The translations under genes were made by a program, and so were the position numbers. A stretch of DNA of 64,000 nt, taken from Phoronis australis. Lineage: Eukaryota > Animalia > Phoronida. The stretch is from the NCBI GenBank assembly GCA_002633005.1, contig NMRA01000887.1, forward strand, positions 1-64,000, given 5' to 3'. The notes beneath the pieces are model-generated. The model searched no databases. It saw only the letters and a program-made list of their open reading frames with translations, and was not told where the DNA came from. This document shows, one piece after another, positions 1 to 13,250 of the stretch (position 1 is its first letter; every line of letters begins with the position of its first letter).

Positions 1-499
1 TATTGGAAAAATATCACTGAAAGCCAATAAACCACACTTTTCAAGCCAGTTTCATTGCATCTTGTTTACTATCGAAATATAGGAACATTGAAATCGACCA
101 CAGTGAACAATTTATGGGTACAAAATTAAACTGAAATAGAATTGTCAATGTGGATCGATATTTAACTTTTGCCTTCTTTCGTGCCTCAGTGAACATAGAA
201 CAATACAACTCTGTGCTCCATAGTACATATATACTCACGGTGCTCACCCTAATTCAAAAAAGTGATTAGCGATAACTATTTTTGTAATCTTTTACTTCAA
301 TGTGGAGAATGTCGTAAGAGGCCAGGGAAGAAATTGATAGAGGACTATTGGGCCAGAGTTGGATGAAGTTGTGCTTCTTTGTCTCTTGAATTGGCACCAT
401 TCTATGACCTTGCGGTGTGTATTGTTTGTGATAAGGGGTGATTATCTCTTAAAAAATAGACGAAAACTAATCTTTTAAAATGAGACCAGAATATTCCTC

Positions 500-1100
500 A
501 CCAAGAAACCCCAACCTACCTTGGGTTAAACTGGACAAGAGGCTAACTTGGTCCCCTCACATTGCTGCCATGCGTAGCAAAGCTACTAAAAAAATTGCTG
601 TGATGAAGAAACTTGCTGGTACCAGTTGGGGTGCAAACATGAAGATTTTGACCCAAGTTTACACGGGATCTGTCAGACCCCAGGTGGAGTATGTCTCTAA
701 CGTATGGGTTACAGCTGCCAACCAACACAGACAACTTAGCCAGGGTCCAGAATACTGGTCTGCGTTTAATCACAGCAGGCATGAAGACCACTCCCATCAA
801 GGAAATGGAGAAGACGGCAGGCTTAAGCTCATTGGAAGAAAGACAGGATGAGAAACTCCTGAGACAGGGCGAAGAGATGAAGCGGCTTCCATCACATCTA
901 CTACACTCCAAACTCCAAGCCCTGACCAAAAAACGCATCAAGAGGCGGAGCCCAAACCACCTCATCAAGGCGCTTCAGCAGAAACATCAACCTCTGCTAT
1001 CCTCAGTCAACCAACCACTAGAAATGCTCCAAGACTTTTAAGAATGGTCCCTGGACGTTCCCCACATCATTCTCGACATCCCTGAGATTGAAGCAAACCA
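500..1100 (+). mobile_element. Decayed LINE ORF2 fragment (RT thumb/connection region, I/Nimb/Ingi-like)
   Basis: Frameshifted frames read PTYLG/VKLDKRLTWSPHI...KLAGTSWGANMKILTQVYTGSVRPQVEY and then LARVQNTGLRLITAGMKTTPIKEME. This is the typical post-RT region of I-group LINEs. Truncated at both ends. Confidence 0.85.
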
Positions 1101-2480
1101 TACACAACGATTATTACCTGTATTTGCGATAAGGTTTGAGCTAATACAGGTCTCAAGTTTAAACGAGCCCCCTTGGTTTTTCGACTTTTGCATCCAGGGC
1201 ATGGAACAGCTCACGGGTGGGAGCTATAATTCATCCGAAGGAATACACCAAGATGTCTAGTTTTGTTGGCTGTTCGATTCTTTCTGAACGGCATGAACAG
1301 GCATTGGAGTCCGACGTCAGTCATATCAACTGGGAGAATTTCGAGTGGTGGAAATGTTTTCTCTTACAGAACCTGTAAGACGTGGATGTAGTATCCAATA
1401 GGTTCACTTGGTAATTATCAGAAGTAACATCAGGTAGGCAAAATATTGAAACTCAAAGCATGCGCGAAGCACGAGTCATCACCACACAGGTTACGCAAGG
1501 CTGTCCTCAATGAATGACTCCATCAGGAGACTGCGTGCCTCAGAGATTTGAGCTCCGTTTGACACGCGATCGAATCCTGGGCTTACGTCGAGCACTGCAC
1601 AAAGGTGTCTCCTACTCCTGCGAGCTCGCTCTTACTGGTGAATGAATGCAAGGGAATGAATGAGAACCTGGGTATAATGCGAAAGCAATTTCTGGAGCTG
1701 TGTATATTTTAAAATGACTTCACTCAGACCATGTTAACTACATTGGTAACAGATTCATGTGTTTTGGACAGAGCGTTGTAAAACTCCTAAAGGAGGCACA
1801 AGTTTTTGCTTTATTATTTCTGGTTAAAAAGACATATCTACAAAAAATGGTTAGAAACAAAAGGCACGCAAGGTTGAGCCATGAGCCAGCCAAATCCAGT
1901 GAGGAAGTCCACACTCAGTGTTATGCTTAATCCACTTTCATAACACAAAACTGGACGATGTTGAGGTGTGCGCTAGATTAAAGTAACAGAGGATGCTTCG
2001 TCCAACGGTTTGGCTAGCAAATTTGCTATATTTCCTCAATGAAAGTTTCCGTCAAAATAGTGCAGATGAATAATGGTGACTCTTGCCTTCTGTCTTTAAG
2101 CCCGTCGTTACTTTTCAACCTCAGTAACAAAGGTTGGAAGTTTGAATAGACTCATTCTTTCAGAAGATTGTTTTATTCATTAAAGTCAATTCCAACACTT
2201 TCACAGCTTCTTTCTATCCGTTTCAGTGTTCGTGTTGTATTCAAGCGCGTTGGAGGCACGCGAATAGATAAACCACAACCATGACAGGCCTCCTAAATAA
2301 GCAGGTCCGGATATAATTGATAAATGAATATGATACGTCAAAGTCATTGAAAATATTAAACTCTAGCTCTTTTTTGCTAATTAGCTAAATTGGGAATGAG
2401 TCTTGTCTGCTGGTCTGAATATTTACAGTCTGACTTTCAATACAGTATGAAGTTCTTGGATGGCTCACGACTTGCATTTT

Positions 2481-3247
2481 TCTAATTAGCTAAATGTCAT
2501 TTTTTATTTAATTTGGTAAATTAGGCTAAATAGGTAACCTATATGTTGGTCATTTTACGTAGTGGCTGTGCAATGTAGACTTAATTTGACAATAGATTCG
2601 CCCTCCATCAAAAATATTGATTTAGACCACTTTTCGTAATGAAATTTGTCTCAAGTTGTTCCTTTAGTCAACTTCATGATTTCAGGGCTAATCGTGAGAT
2701 TGGGCTCTGAAAGGTGGCTTGTCACGGCGTGTCCTCTTAAGCATCGAGCGTGGTCTCAACGACTAACAAACGGCCAGTTCTTAGTGGCGGATTTAAGGGG
2801 GGACAAGGGGGGCATGCACCCTCTAAAATTCTCTCAGATTCCATTTGGCAGTTTGGGGGTGCAANTCTAATTAGCTAAATGTCATTTTTTATTTAATTTG
2901 GTAAATTAGGCTAAATAGGTAACCTATATGTTGGTCATTTTGCGTTGTGGCTGTGCAATGTAGACTTAAATTGACAATAGATTCACCCTCCATCAAAAAT
3001 ATTGATTTAGACCACTTTTCGTAATGAAATTTGTCTCAAGTTGTTCCTTTAGTCAACTTCATGATTTCAGGGCTATTCGTGAGATCGGGCTCTGCAAGGT
3101 GACTTGTCACGGCGTGTCCTCTTAAGCATCGAGCGTGGTCTCAACGACTAACAAACGGTCAGTTCTTAGTGGCGGATTTAAGGGGGGACAAGGGGCATGC
3201 ACCCCCTAAAATTCTCTCAGATTCCATTTGGCAGTTTGGGGGTGCAA
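2481..3247. repeat. Near-identical tandem duplication of about 384 bp split by a single N (probable haplotype-overlap assembly artefact)
   Basis: 2481-2864 and 2866-~3247 both begin tctaattagctaaatgtc and differ by roughly ten substitutions or indels. The N at 2865 sits exactly at the junction. Confidence 0.85.
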
Positions 3248-3322
3248 ATATCTGAAGGGAAAAATCTTGGGAAATACTCTGCCCTGAACCCCACCGAACT
3301 AAAAATCCTGGATCCGTCCCTG
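3167..3322. mobile_element. MITE family A (CAGTGGCGGATT...GGATCCGCCCCTG termini, 5-bp TSD)
   Basis: Termini tagtggcggattta and cctggatccgtccctg. Flanks gttct and gttcc. Confidence 0.75.
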
Positions 3323-5159
3323 GTTCCTGGCAGTTAGCCAGAAAAGGAAGGAGCAAGTTGATTCTAATTTCACAGTGGGAAGTAGTCTGAATCGAAAGCT
3401 TGCGTTTCAGACGGAACGCTCATTTATACTTAGTTAAAATCTGTGGTTTGTACGGATGCAATTTCTGACTTGTACAGTCACGCTCAACACGTGTTAAATT
3501 TAGATATTCGTGAATGCGAAAAATGCATATAAATATGCAGGTGTTAGAATCTCATTTCGAGAAAGTTCTCGGCATGCGAGAACCAGACCACAATGATAGT
3601 TTTTTTCTGAGTATCAATGCAGTCTGAAAGTCTAAAGGAACATATTTGCGAGCCGCAACGTAGCGAAACTCGGCGCATAGATCAGAAAGAGTTCCATTTT
3701 CAGTAAAAAAAAAAACAATTAGAAGTCAGCACAGTTTTGCATAGTTACATAAAGAGGCTACATTAAAACTAGTATTGTTACACTGCGTGCTTACTGAAGA
3801 AAATAAGCTGGCGTTAAGAGGATAATTTCGTCTTTCACAGTTGCTAATAATATGGCAGTCTCTCTCTCTATAAGTTAACGCACCTGTTCGCAGAAGCAGA
3901 ATGCAGGTAAACAAGATCGCCGTGAAATGCTCTGGCCATTTTAACGACCAATTAAGCAGATGAGCTCGACATTTTGAAAAAATTTGAGATGAGTTAGGAT
4001 GATAAGTCTGAGTTTGTATCTTTTTGATGCAATGACAGCCATTGTCTTATTTGTGGGGTCCGTAGAAGAGCGTAATGACCCAGCGTAAATGTGACTTTTA
4101 TACGGGTGATGATTGTGCTGTATTTTAAGAAACTAAAAATAATTGAGAAACAACTTGTGCAACCACCGGACATGAACTTCTAAACTGCATTTTTGCTATT
4201 AAAAAGTGAAAATTGATGTTAACAAGCCAAAAAATGTCAAACGTATGTTTTTACATAAATTAATGCCGCCAACACAGGATTTCGTTATTTTGCAGTTTTT
4301 GCTGACTATTTCATGTACTTAAACACATTAAATGTCTATACCTATATTTTGAGGAGGAAACGTTATGATAAAACCAATTTCAAAGTAATCCTTTCTTTCT
4401 ATTCTGCTTGACACTGCACCCGGGCTTTGATTAACGATTCATGAATCACGTAAAATGTACCAACAAAAGCAATAAATACCCAAATTTCAGATAAAAATTT
4501 AATCACCATTTTGTTAAAAACAAAACAAAAATGACTATAAATTCCCTTCGGAGGAACCACGAAAAAATTACAGAGACAGGAGTAGTAACCCGATGTTTTT
4601 CCATCAGTCTAGTGTGTTTTCTCCTTGAGTCAAACTTTCATCAGACAACTAGCCATGTTCCTACTTTTTGTCCAGTACACAAACACCGGCGTGCATGACA
4701 TTAAACAGTGACTTTTGTTAAGACGGGGCTATAAAAACATTTGCTATGTCATCCTTCATCACATATTTGTGTTATCACACAAATGATTGGCATGTAGGTA
4801 CATAATTTCGTCAGCGCTTGGTGAGTTCAACAATCAAGCAAGCAAGAACAGTGTCTTCTTGGGTGTGACACCAGTCTGTTGCTTACGGTCTGGCCACAAC
4901 ACTGTCTATCTCATGCAAAGATGAAATCTGGCAGTCTGTTCCAGACATAAGCTTTCATGAGCCAAGGAGCCAATAAAGATATCATTGACTTCGTGCGTGA
5001 CACAACACTAGTTTGTGTACACTACCATAACTGCCAATTCTCAGTTAGGAAAAACTACGTGTGGAAGCTCATGAAGCTGCTACAGACACAGTGTCAGTTC
5101 AGTCTGGTGCAGTGCTTCTTACATGTACGTCGGCGTCACTCAAATAACCTCAAACTGTA

Positions 5160-5226
5160 CCCTCGCTGGTTCCCTGCGTGCCACTAGGTGGGGCGGTAGC
5201 CGCGCCAGCACGCAGGTACCACTTAG
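5160..5226 (+). mobile_element. Solitary terminus of MITE family B
   Basis: ctcgctggttccctgcgtgcc...agcacgcaggtaccactta matches 12153-12217. Confidence 0.7.
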
Positions 5227-8200
5227 GTGGCACTGAATAGTTAGGTTGTGGCTGCGGCCAATTTGCACTGCCAAATGTTAAAATCTAGGGCTAGGCCAGG
5301 CTTGGGGCATTTTTCAATTAGGTATTGTGTGTAGGCCAAGTGAATGTTTTTTTTGTATTTGTGAACATGCTGGGAATGAAAAAAGGCCAGTTTCTTGGTG
5401 TAGCTGCACTTTTCTTCAAGATGGTGGCCCCCTGTTGCAGTTGTGCATTGCTGTGTAGCAACTGAGAAATTGGCCGCGATTTCAGGTAACCCTCAAACAA
5501 GCCAGATTTGCAAAAAAACTAGTTGGTTCACAATACTTTTGGACCACATTTTTGGAATCGGTAGGAAATTTCAACAAGATCATTCTATTTCAGTAATAAG
5601 ATATGTAAATATAGTGTGGTATAGAGAATGCACTCCACTCCTATCCGAAATAATTCGTTTCGTAAGTCAGCTTAAAAGATTCTCTATTGAAATTGGCTGA
5701 GTTTATATGATTATCCATTTTCCAAGCAATGCCAGCTGATCTTTTTGTCTTTTATGTTGTTTAGTTTTCCATTTGTAATTCAAACCAACACCTGCTTTGA
5801 TTTTTGAACTATCGGAACTAGCGCCACGAACGGTTTTTTTTCTGAAAAATCGCTGTTGGAAATAAAGGCATTCTTTCGTAAAATGCTATTTTTGAGTGGT
5901 AAGCATAACTGAACGCCATGTGTTAGATATTAGAATAATATTCCATTAACGGTAAAAATGTGTTGTGTCACTCCACAACAATTGGATGAGTAATGACATT
6001 TTTAATTAACATAACATTTTCATCGGCGCAAATGCAAAAGTTCAACTTATTGGGTGAAAACGCAGGATTGAGTTTACAAACTGACTTCATCAGCAGATTT
6101 TTTATCTTAAAAGTCACAAAACACATTCTTAAGTCCAGTTCATGCAAATTTCTTGTTTTGAATATGCGCTCTTTCGGGGAAGCTCGTTTAGTGCAATCTT
6201 TGAAAATTTCCAATAGATGTTAACATAATCCCACAATTTCCAACTGTAGAGCAAACTAACAAGGAAGCGCGTACATGTATGCATGATACACGCACTGTTG
6301 GCCATTCGTACAGAGCGAGCATTGATAAAAATGTTCACTGCATTCCACGAGCCAAATAACAGTGCGTAGTATTTTAAATGTTGTGCTGCGCTAGAGCATC
6401 AATTTCAAGAACTGTTTTATTCGATTGTTTCTAGTATAGGCTTAAGCACCTTATTCTGAAGATAATCGTAGCTTCCAGTGTGAGACTGGCGCCTAAATAA
6501 GAGCATCGACCGTAAAAATAAAACGTTGTACTTATCAGTGATGAAATTTTGTAAGAGATTGTGACATTTTAAAAATCTTAGAAGGATTTATATTCTTGAC
6601 AATCCAGTGAAATACCTTTTCAGGAAAAAGTAGGTACATGTAAATATCTTCGTTCAGTTTCCAATTAGTTAACAAGCTGGCATTCTAATGTTAGATATTT
6701 CAGTCTTCAATCCGTTCTCAATCAATAAATTCACGAAGTTGTGAAAAGGTAAATATGTGAGGCGAAGAGTACTCGATTTCCGGAATATCGACCCTTCGGA
6801 CTATTGAACCATAGTCCAACCAATGTTTTGCTTTTCGTGTGCGCTAAATGATACACTTCGATCTCGAATAAATGTTTTGAGCCTAAGAACATCAAATAAA
6901 TTTATTCATTAACCCGTCGTCTACCACTACGGTATTCCCACAGTGAACTACAGAATACTACCCATATTGCTTTGCGTGACCGGTGGTGCCACCCTAGCGA
7001 ATGATTTGTGAACTGCTAAGGTCTGTGGCATTGATTCTGAGGCTGACGATGATACCAAATCTGTGCCTGAGTGAATGTGAAGTTCAATGTTACTATATTT
7101 TAACGTCCGAGTACCTATCAAGTTTCACGGCTTTTGTCTGACCTAACTGTATGAATGTGCACTGCTAAATAATATTTGAGTAAGATCGAATATCTAACAC
7201 AAAAATATTGACTTAATGAAACTTTATAAATACTTCATAAGTTTAAGAGTTATTCACATGTTTACCTTAGTGTGATTAAGTTTTTGTGTAATATTTCAGC
7301 AAGCCTCAGGTCTGTCATTAAGAAATCCCTTAAAGTGAAACTTTTTAGCTAATTCCTTATTTCTATGATTGCTTAGTAATTAATTAGTTAGGAACACAAC
7401 ATATAGCGACGATGTGAATATGAAGTAAGATGAAAATTGACAATTGTTATTAAGAAGAAGTTTCGTGTCGAAAATGATCCGGCGTAAATCACTCAACCGT
7501 GTCCAGTAAGTATCGTGACGAGGTGTTTGGGAATAACACTGCATGGTGCAGGTTATGTTAGCTCCCAAGGTACGTCACTAATGCAAATCCCTTCACACAA
7601 GGTGTGCATACTTCATCTCACTAGAAGCACCATTGTCAGTTTGATGCGAGACCAGTATGTTAATAAGTGTCCCTATTATCTTCGATATTTCTATATATTA
7701 AATTGCACCAAATACACTCTGCATCACATACAGGTCAGCCACTGATTGCACCAAAAAAAATTATGTATTAGGTACTGAAAATAAATAAAGTCTTTCTTAT
7801 CTTATATTCTTCATTATGTCGAGCATAGTATATCCTATCTCATCTAATGTCGCATATTGTTATAAATGATTACTTTTGCAATTTCGTTTGGGTTATACCC
7901 CACTTGAGCACAACTCGCCTGGAACAATGCGGAACACGGGATTCAAACTTCTCTGAGGGCCAACCTGGCGTTGACTTACCTTTCTAAAGGTGGGTTTAAC
8001 AATTAATTGGTGCAAACTTCTCTAAGGAATACATGGAATTCATGTGAAACTTCACAACTGTCATCAACTGAGGACATTCCCAATACAGAAAGTCCCATGT
8101 TTCCCAGATTCTTAATCTAGATATAGACCTACAACGGACGTCACGACGTGTGCATTACGGAAAATTCCACATGTTCAGCGAGTAAGTCAACGTCTTATGC

Positions 8201-8242
8201 AAACGTGCAAGCGAACCAATATTGGAACAGCAAAAACCTTAC

Positions 8243-9040
8243 GACGATGAACGATCATGGTGGACGTAACTGATGAAGGAGTCACGCGGTACTATCCTAA
8301 CAAAATTTAAGTTTGATCTCCCACTGACCAATATTTGTGAAGCAAACGAAAGGGGAGAAATGATCACTTCGTCTTTGGAAGATTCCACCATCTTAGCTTG
8401 CACTTTCGACGCTTATGGAACGTATCACAGTTTGATACTCATCGTCCAACTTCAGTGGCCGTCATTTTGCTACCACTGGCATAATTCAGAAACATTCACC
8501 TTTCACTCGCGTGATTTTGCAGGTCTTGTTGGTCTTGCCTTTCTTTCAAAAACTGATCTACGGAATGTTTTCTGATGAAGGTTTCACGGAAAGCGAAATG
8601 GCATGTTAAAACTTTTATCAATGGTTCCTCTTAAGGACATTGGTTTTAATTTTTGGTCATAAAAATGGTGGTTAAAAACTTTTAACTTGCAGGCTTTATC
8701 ATTTTTATTTACTTCATCTGAACTCTCAATGAAGAATCCCTATATATAGATCAGGTACAAAATATACAAGCGTGTGCTTAGAAAATAGTTCCCGGTGATG
8801 ATGGCATTAGTTTGAATAAAACATTCTTGGGACATTTTTGCTTTGTTAACATCTAAGACTTTAGAAAAAAATTTCGACACTTATATCCATATATCTACTA
8901 GAATTTCAGGAACTACAAAAATGTTTTGGTTAACCAGGAACAAATCCACTTACAAAGTCTTCATTCCCCGAGACACCAACGGTGTGATATCGTTCCGTTT
9001 ACTATATACCCTTTGCAGACTAACATCATCTTCCTGATTC
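8243..9040 (-). CDS. Candidate exons of an unknown gene (9040-8954, 8571-8500, 8296-8243)
   Basis: Three AG/GT-bounded segments of 87, 72 and 54 nt, all phase 2-2 and open when joined: NQEDDVSLQRVYSKRNDITPLVSRGMKTL-KHSVDQFLKERQDQQDLQNHASER-IVPRDSFISYVHHDRSS. No recognisable domain and no convincing continuation. Confidence 0.3.
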
Positions 9041-9404
9041 CTAATGTGCATGCTTTAAAATAACTCAGTCAGACTAAACCCACGTGCCCACGTGAACATG
9101 GTAGTTGTGATTCGGTTGGCTTCGGTACACTACAAGGTCGGCGTCTTCAGCTAATACGTATCGCTGCATATCGACAACAACCAAACGTTGAAAGTTGCTT
9201 AATACAATGTACTGCGGAAAGTAAGGCGGTACGCGTACGCTCAGTGCATCAATTGGGAGAAAGGTATGCACTCAGTATGTACTTACGTTGACTGAATTAG
9301 ACAGTAAATCATTTTTTCTCAAACCAAGTTTGGAGAAAAAAATTCATGTGCTGTCATTCTAACCTCAGAATGCCAAAAGCCAACATATCAATTAGACCTA
9401 CATT

Positions 9405-11687
9405 TACCCACATAACTCTAGCCCTGGCATGTCAATTCCGATCTCGCGGCCGCTGAAGTTGGCCGCGCATGTTTGAGAGGGGTTTGCATTCATATGTTCC
9501 GGTGTGTGTACTTGCTACGGAATTTACTGTCATTAAAAGTTTTCGCAACTGCCGTTTCCAACCAAATTGCATAAGATCCATATGATTAGAAACCCCTTTG
9601 TCGATGCTTGATGATTATACAAGAAGTAAATGATAAATTGTTTAATTCGTAAGTAATTATTTCGGATACCTGACTGGTTTAAATTTTTTTTCTAAAAACC
9701 AAGAGTGTTACCAAGATGCGAAAAGTAACAGTGTGTAACAGGAATACAAAACGGAAGTGACTAGTTAAGCCGTTATGGAAATTAATTTCAATGATTCAAA
9801 AAATTTCTAGCTTATAAAGACAGACGTTTTAAAATATGTATCCCTCACAATTGCTGTGGGTAGTTTAGTTAGGCATGCATTCAACAGTATACACCTTTAT
9901 ATATTATAATTAAGTGGACCTTTGGTGCCGTTTTATACAATTACATGTATATTCATCAAAATGCAGTGGCTTTTACGAAAAATGCGATAATCTACTCTAA
10001 GCAGCTATCCGAAATTTGCAGATAAAAGTTTTCTGATCTATAAAAATTGGCAAACATTAATCACGTAGGCTTGAAATGCATTGTAGATAGCTCATCACAT
10101 TGGTTGCAATGTAGGACTTTCCTTAAAAGCTTAGAAATAAACTCGTTTCTTCTGATACGTGTAGTGTATGTTACCTTACATGATGATGATACGGCCGTGA
10201 AATAATTGTGTTATCACACCGTGGAATACGTCAGAATTACTTTTCCGTATTTTCTCTAGAGAAAATAACAGTAATCATGGCTAAAGAAAATAACTCTGGC
10301 AAAGCCGTAAGGATTACGGTATTTAGCTAGCTGAATCTATAAGAAGTCCTGTAATTGTTTTAACTCCTGTTATATAAGACTCATGTCTCCCAATTCTGTA
10401 CTGCTTTTAGTGGCACTGTATGCACTGATTGAAAAAACATCTTACAAGTGACAACTTAACCAAATATATAGCACAAATCATAAATGTAGCCGTCAAATAC
10501 CATCTAAATTTTAATTCTAGCAGTGCTTTAAGTACGCAAGCGCACGCATTCTAAACGATACAGTGACCTCATATGTCCATCAGCTAGTCATGAATGAATC
10601 CCGTTGCTATGGTAAAACAATACTACGCGAAGCACGGAAATCATAACCTCCGGGTTCTAACCATGTTTTATTGAGTCAATATAAGCAAATAAAATTGTTA
10701 ACATTTATAAAAAGTTTTGAATCGTGCTATTCTTTTATTAATTCAAGGAAATTTTCCTAGTAATTCTCTTCCTTAACACAAGGTCTTGTTCTGTTCGTCT
10801 GCTCAACCTATCCTGGTCCGGTATTGCGGTAGTACACGTAGCAGAAGCCTACTTGACTGTTAATTCGTTATTTGATGTTAAATTTGTTCCGTATGTTGAT
10901 TAGTTTAAAATTCTGATATTTTAGATGGAATAAGCAAACACTCGATACGTGATATGCAAGTCGATTTAAACGAGGGCTTCGTCCTCGTTTAATTCCGCTT
11001 GCATATCAAGGTTCTCGCTATAACAACCCACAGTTATCCTCAAGCACGCACGTTATATAACATACATAACATACATGTATACGAAAACAAGGAATATTGG
11101 AGCACATTTTTACGATTGTAAAGTTACTAAAGAAAGCGGAGTCTGGAAAGTAATAATATTCACAAAAAGAGACAATTTTATTTTGAACACTTGTTGCATA
11201 GTTGTCATGAGCAACATTCAAGAACGTGATAAAAAGCGAGACGTCTCGGTCTAAGCCAAAACTTAAGGGTGGAATGTTCGCCGCAGCACACAAAGACGTA
11301 CATGTCCCGAAGGCGTTTTTTGTGGAGCGGGAAAATATAGCTGCGTCGCGTGGGATTACTATAGTATGTGATAAGATTAGGTAAACCTGGCGGCCGTGTG
11401 TCAAAAATCGGACATTAGATGGTGTGGTGAAATGGCGAAAAATGACAAAATGGGACAATCCGCCAAGAGAAGAACAATTGACAAATACACTGTACGCTGT
11501 TAGCAACAAGCTAAGCTTTTCATCTTTTAAACGTCATTTGAAGGGAATAGGTAAATACCACAGATGAGATCTGGCTTACTTCTCAAAAATCGAATTTACA
11601 AAAAACGGTCACTGGGAAACAGGTAAACATTACATAAAGACTTATTATAGAAACAATTGAAAACAGTAATACACACACGCGCCCACG

Positions 11688-11718
<31 letters not shown>

Positions 11719-12148
11719 ACACACACACACACACTTAGCTAAGCAATTCTGGGTAATTTTTCGAAAGTTATGCAAACACACCTGTTTTTAGGGTTTAAAC
11801 TTTTCATTTAGGCCAAATGTAGCTTCTTTCAGTAAAATACTGTAACATGAATTTAACACCCAAAATAGTTTGTTGAAAAACTCCTGGTATAAATGTAGAG
11901 TTGAAAGCGATTCTACGACTGAAAAAATATCTGTGGCAAGCTACACCCGGCATAAGCCCAAGGCCACAGGTCGGTGCTTATAAAGAATGACCCCCTAATT
12001 GTCGAGTTTGATGACTAATTTTGCCGAAAAATTGCTGATTGTACGGAACTGTACTTCAAGAGTCTCGCTTGATGACCAATAATTACAAAATGAAAATGAG
12101 GCAATGAAATTAAGCCTGATTTGATAACTGCAACTCTCGATAAAAACT
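9405..12148 (+). repeat. Long dispersed repeat, copy 1 (inverted homologue of 44420-46280), with an extra segment of about 1 kb at ~10150-11180
   Basis: Shared collinear blocks include actctagccctgg, tggacctttggtgccgttt, ctatccgaaatttgcagataaa, ggtctaagccaaaacttaagg, ggccacaggtc(g/a)gtgcttataaagaa and gataactgcaactct. Confidence 0.85.
11670..11733. repeat. (CA)n microsatellite
   Basis: Read directly from the sequence. Confidence 0.95.
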
Positions 12149-12151
12149 CAG

Positions 12152-12733
12152 TCTTCGCTGGTTCCCTGCGTGCCGCTAGTTGGGGCGGTAGCCGCGCCAG
12201 CACGCAGGTATCACTTAATTTTCCTCGGTAATTTTTTACACCGCGTTTCTGATTGGCTAGTCGAATTCTCAACAGGCAGCGCTTTACGCAAACAAAGTAG
12301 CATGACTGATGGACTGTAGTGTAAATATGGTTAGTTGGGCAGACAAATTTGTGCTTAAAATTTATGTTCAGAAAATGCGAATCCTAGAAATTGTGATTGC
12401 GCCTTTTCGGAATGCATCCGTCTACTGTCGATGAATTTTGTTTACGATGGTGTCCTGTATTCATTCAGTATGTATAACATATCGTTTGAATCGGCCAGAT
12501 ATGTGTTCATTGTACATGTACATGTATGTGCTTCAAACAAGCGACTATTAAACATCACTGCAGAAACGAAATAGTTGCTGCGACGCCACTTGCATGACAA
12601 GGCTAAAAATCGTTCACATGACGGTGCTAACCAATGACTGCCGAGGTTACATCGACCTATGCTAAAGCGCATGCCACTGCGTGATACCGGCCTGCGTGCT
12701 AGCTGGGCTAAGCACGCAGGGAACCAGCGAGTA
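12152..12733. mobile_element. MITE family B with hairpin-containing TIRs
   Basis: Left end tcgctggttccctgcgtgc, right end gcacgcagggaaccagcga (reverse complement). Each end also holds an internal cctgcgtgc...gcacgcagg stem. Confidence 0.8.
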
Positions 12734-12849
12734 GGCTTCTGAAAATTCTCAGTGCAAACTGTCGCGGCAAATCTCTGGGTCGCAAGCTCTAAAAAAAGAA
12801 TATATAGGTCACGTGCGGGATTTAGCATTCTTGGACATAGGGTTCTGTT

Positions 12850-13250
12850 ACACTCTTTTACAGTGGTACGAAAGGTAGCACTGAAGCAAGCTGTTTAACA
12901 TGGCTTCTCATTGCCCGTTAGAGTACTAAAACCGACGTCATAACTTTCAGTCATTAAACAGGCAGTGATCGAAGTACATGTAAACAAAATCAAGAGAACC
13001 CCGATCCAGTGTCTTAAGCCCTTCAAGTACAGTGCATAAAGACGTGCGCAAGTGGTGGCGATGTGATTGGTATACCTCCGCATTGATGACCACACACGGA
13101 ATTCGGCATGTCGTTCATCATGCTTTCACAGGGCCACTTTTCACTATAGGTGGCACTGTGTCAGAGAGGAGAATGCTGTCAATAGTTCTTTCTTTACACG
13201 TGGACACAGTTGGAGAAACCGTAAACGTACCAATAAAGTGACACATAAAA
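12850..13250 (-). mobile_element. Truncated inverted copy of the internal part of MITE C (21860-22749)
   Basis: acgaaaggtagcactg, aaccccgatccagtg and cacagggccacttttca are reverse complements of blocks within 22260-22700. Confidence 0.8.

Noticed and set aside
280-450. Minus-strand frame ...HNFIQLWPNSPLSISSLASYDIL... after a possible acceptor
   Set aside because: It loosely resembles a CR1/L2 ORF2 C-terminus or a terminal exon, but is too short and diverged to call either way.
1160-1232. Minus-strand IIAPTREL, resembling DEAD-box motif Ia
   Set aside because: Bounded by stops, with no splice sites in phase and no other helicase motifs nearby.
2481-3247. Apparent recent tandem duplication
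   Set aside because: The junction is exactly an N and the divergence is allele-like, so it is probably an assembly artefact.
7000-7072. C/D-box snoRNA-like layout (ATGATT...CTGA...ATGATA...CTGA)
   Set aside because: The C box is not RTGATGA, there is no terminal stem, and I recognise no rRNA guide.
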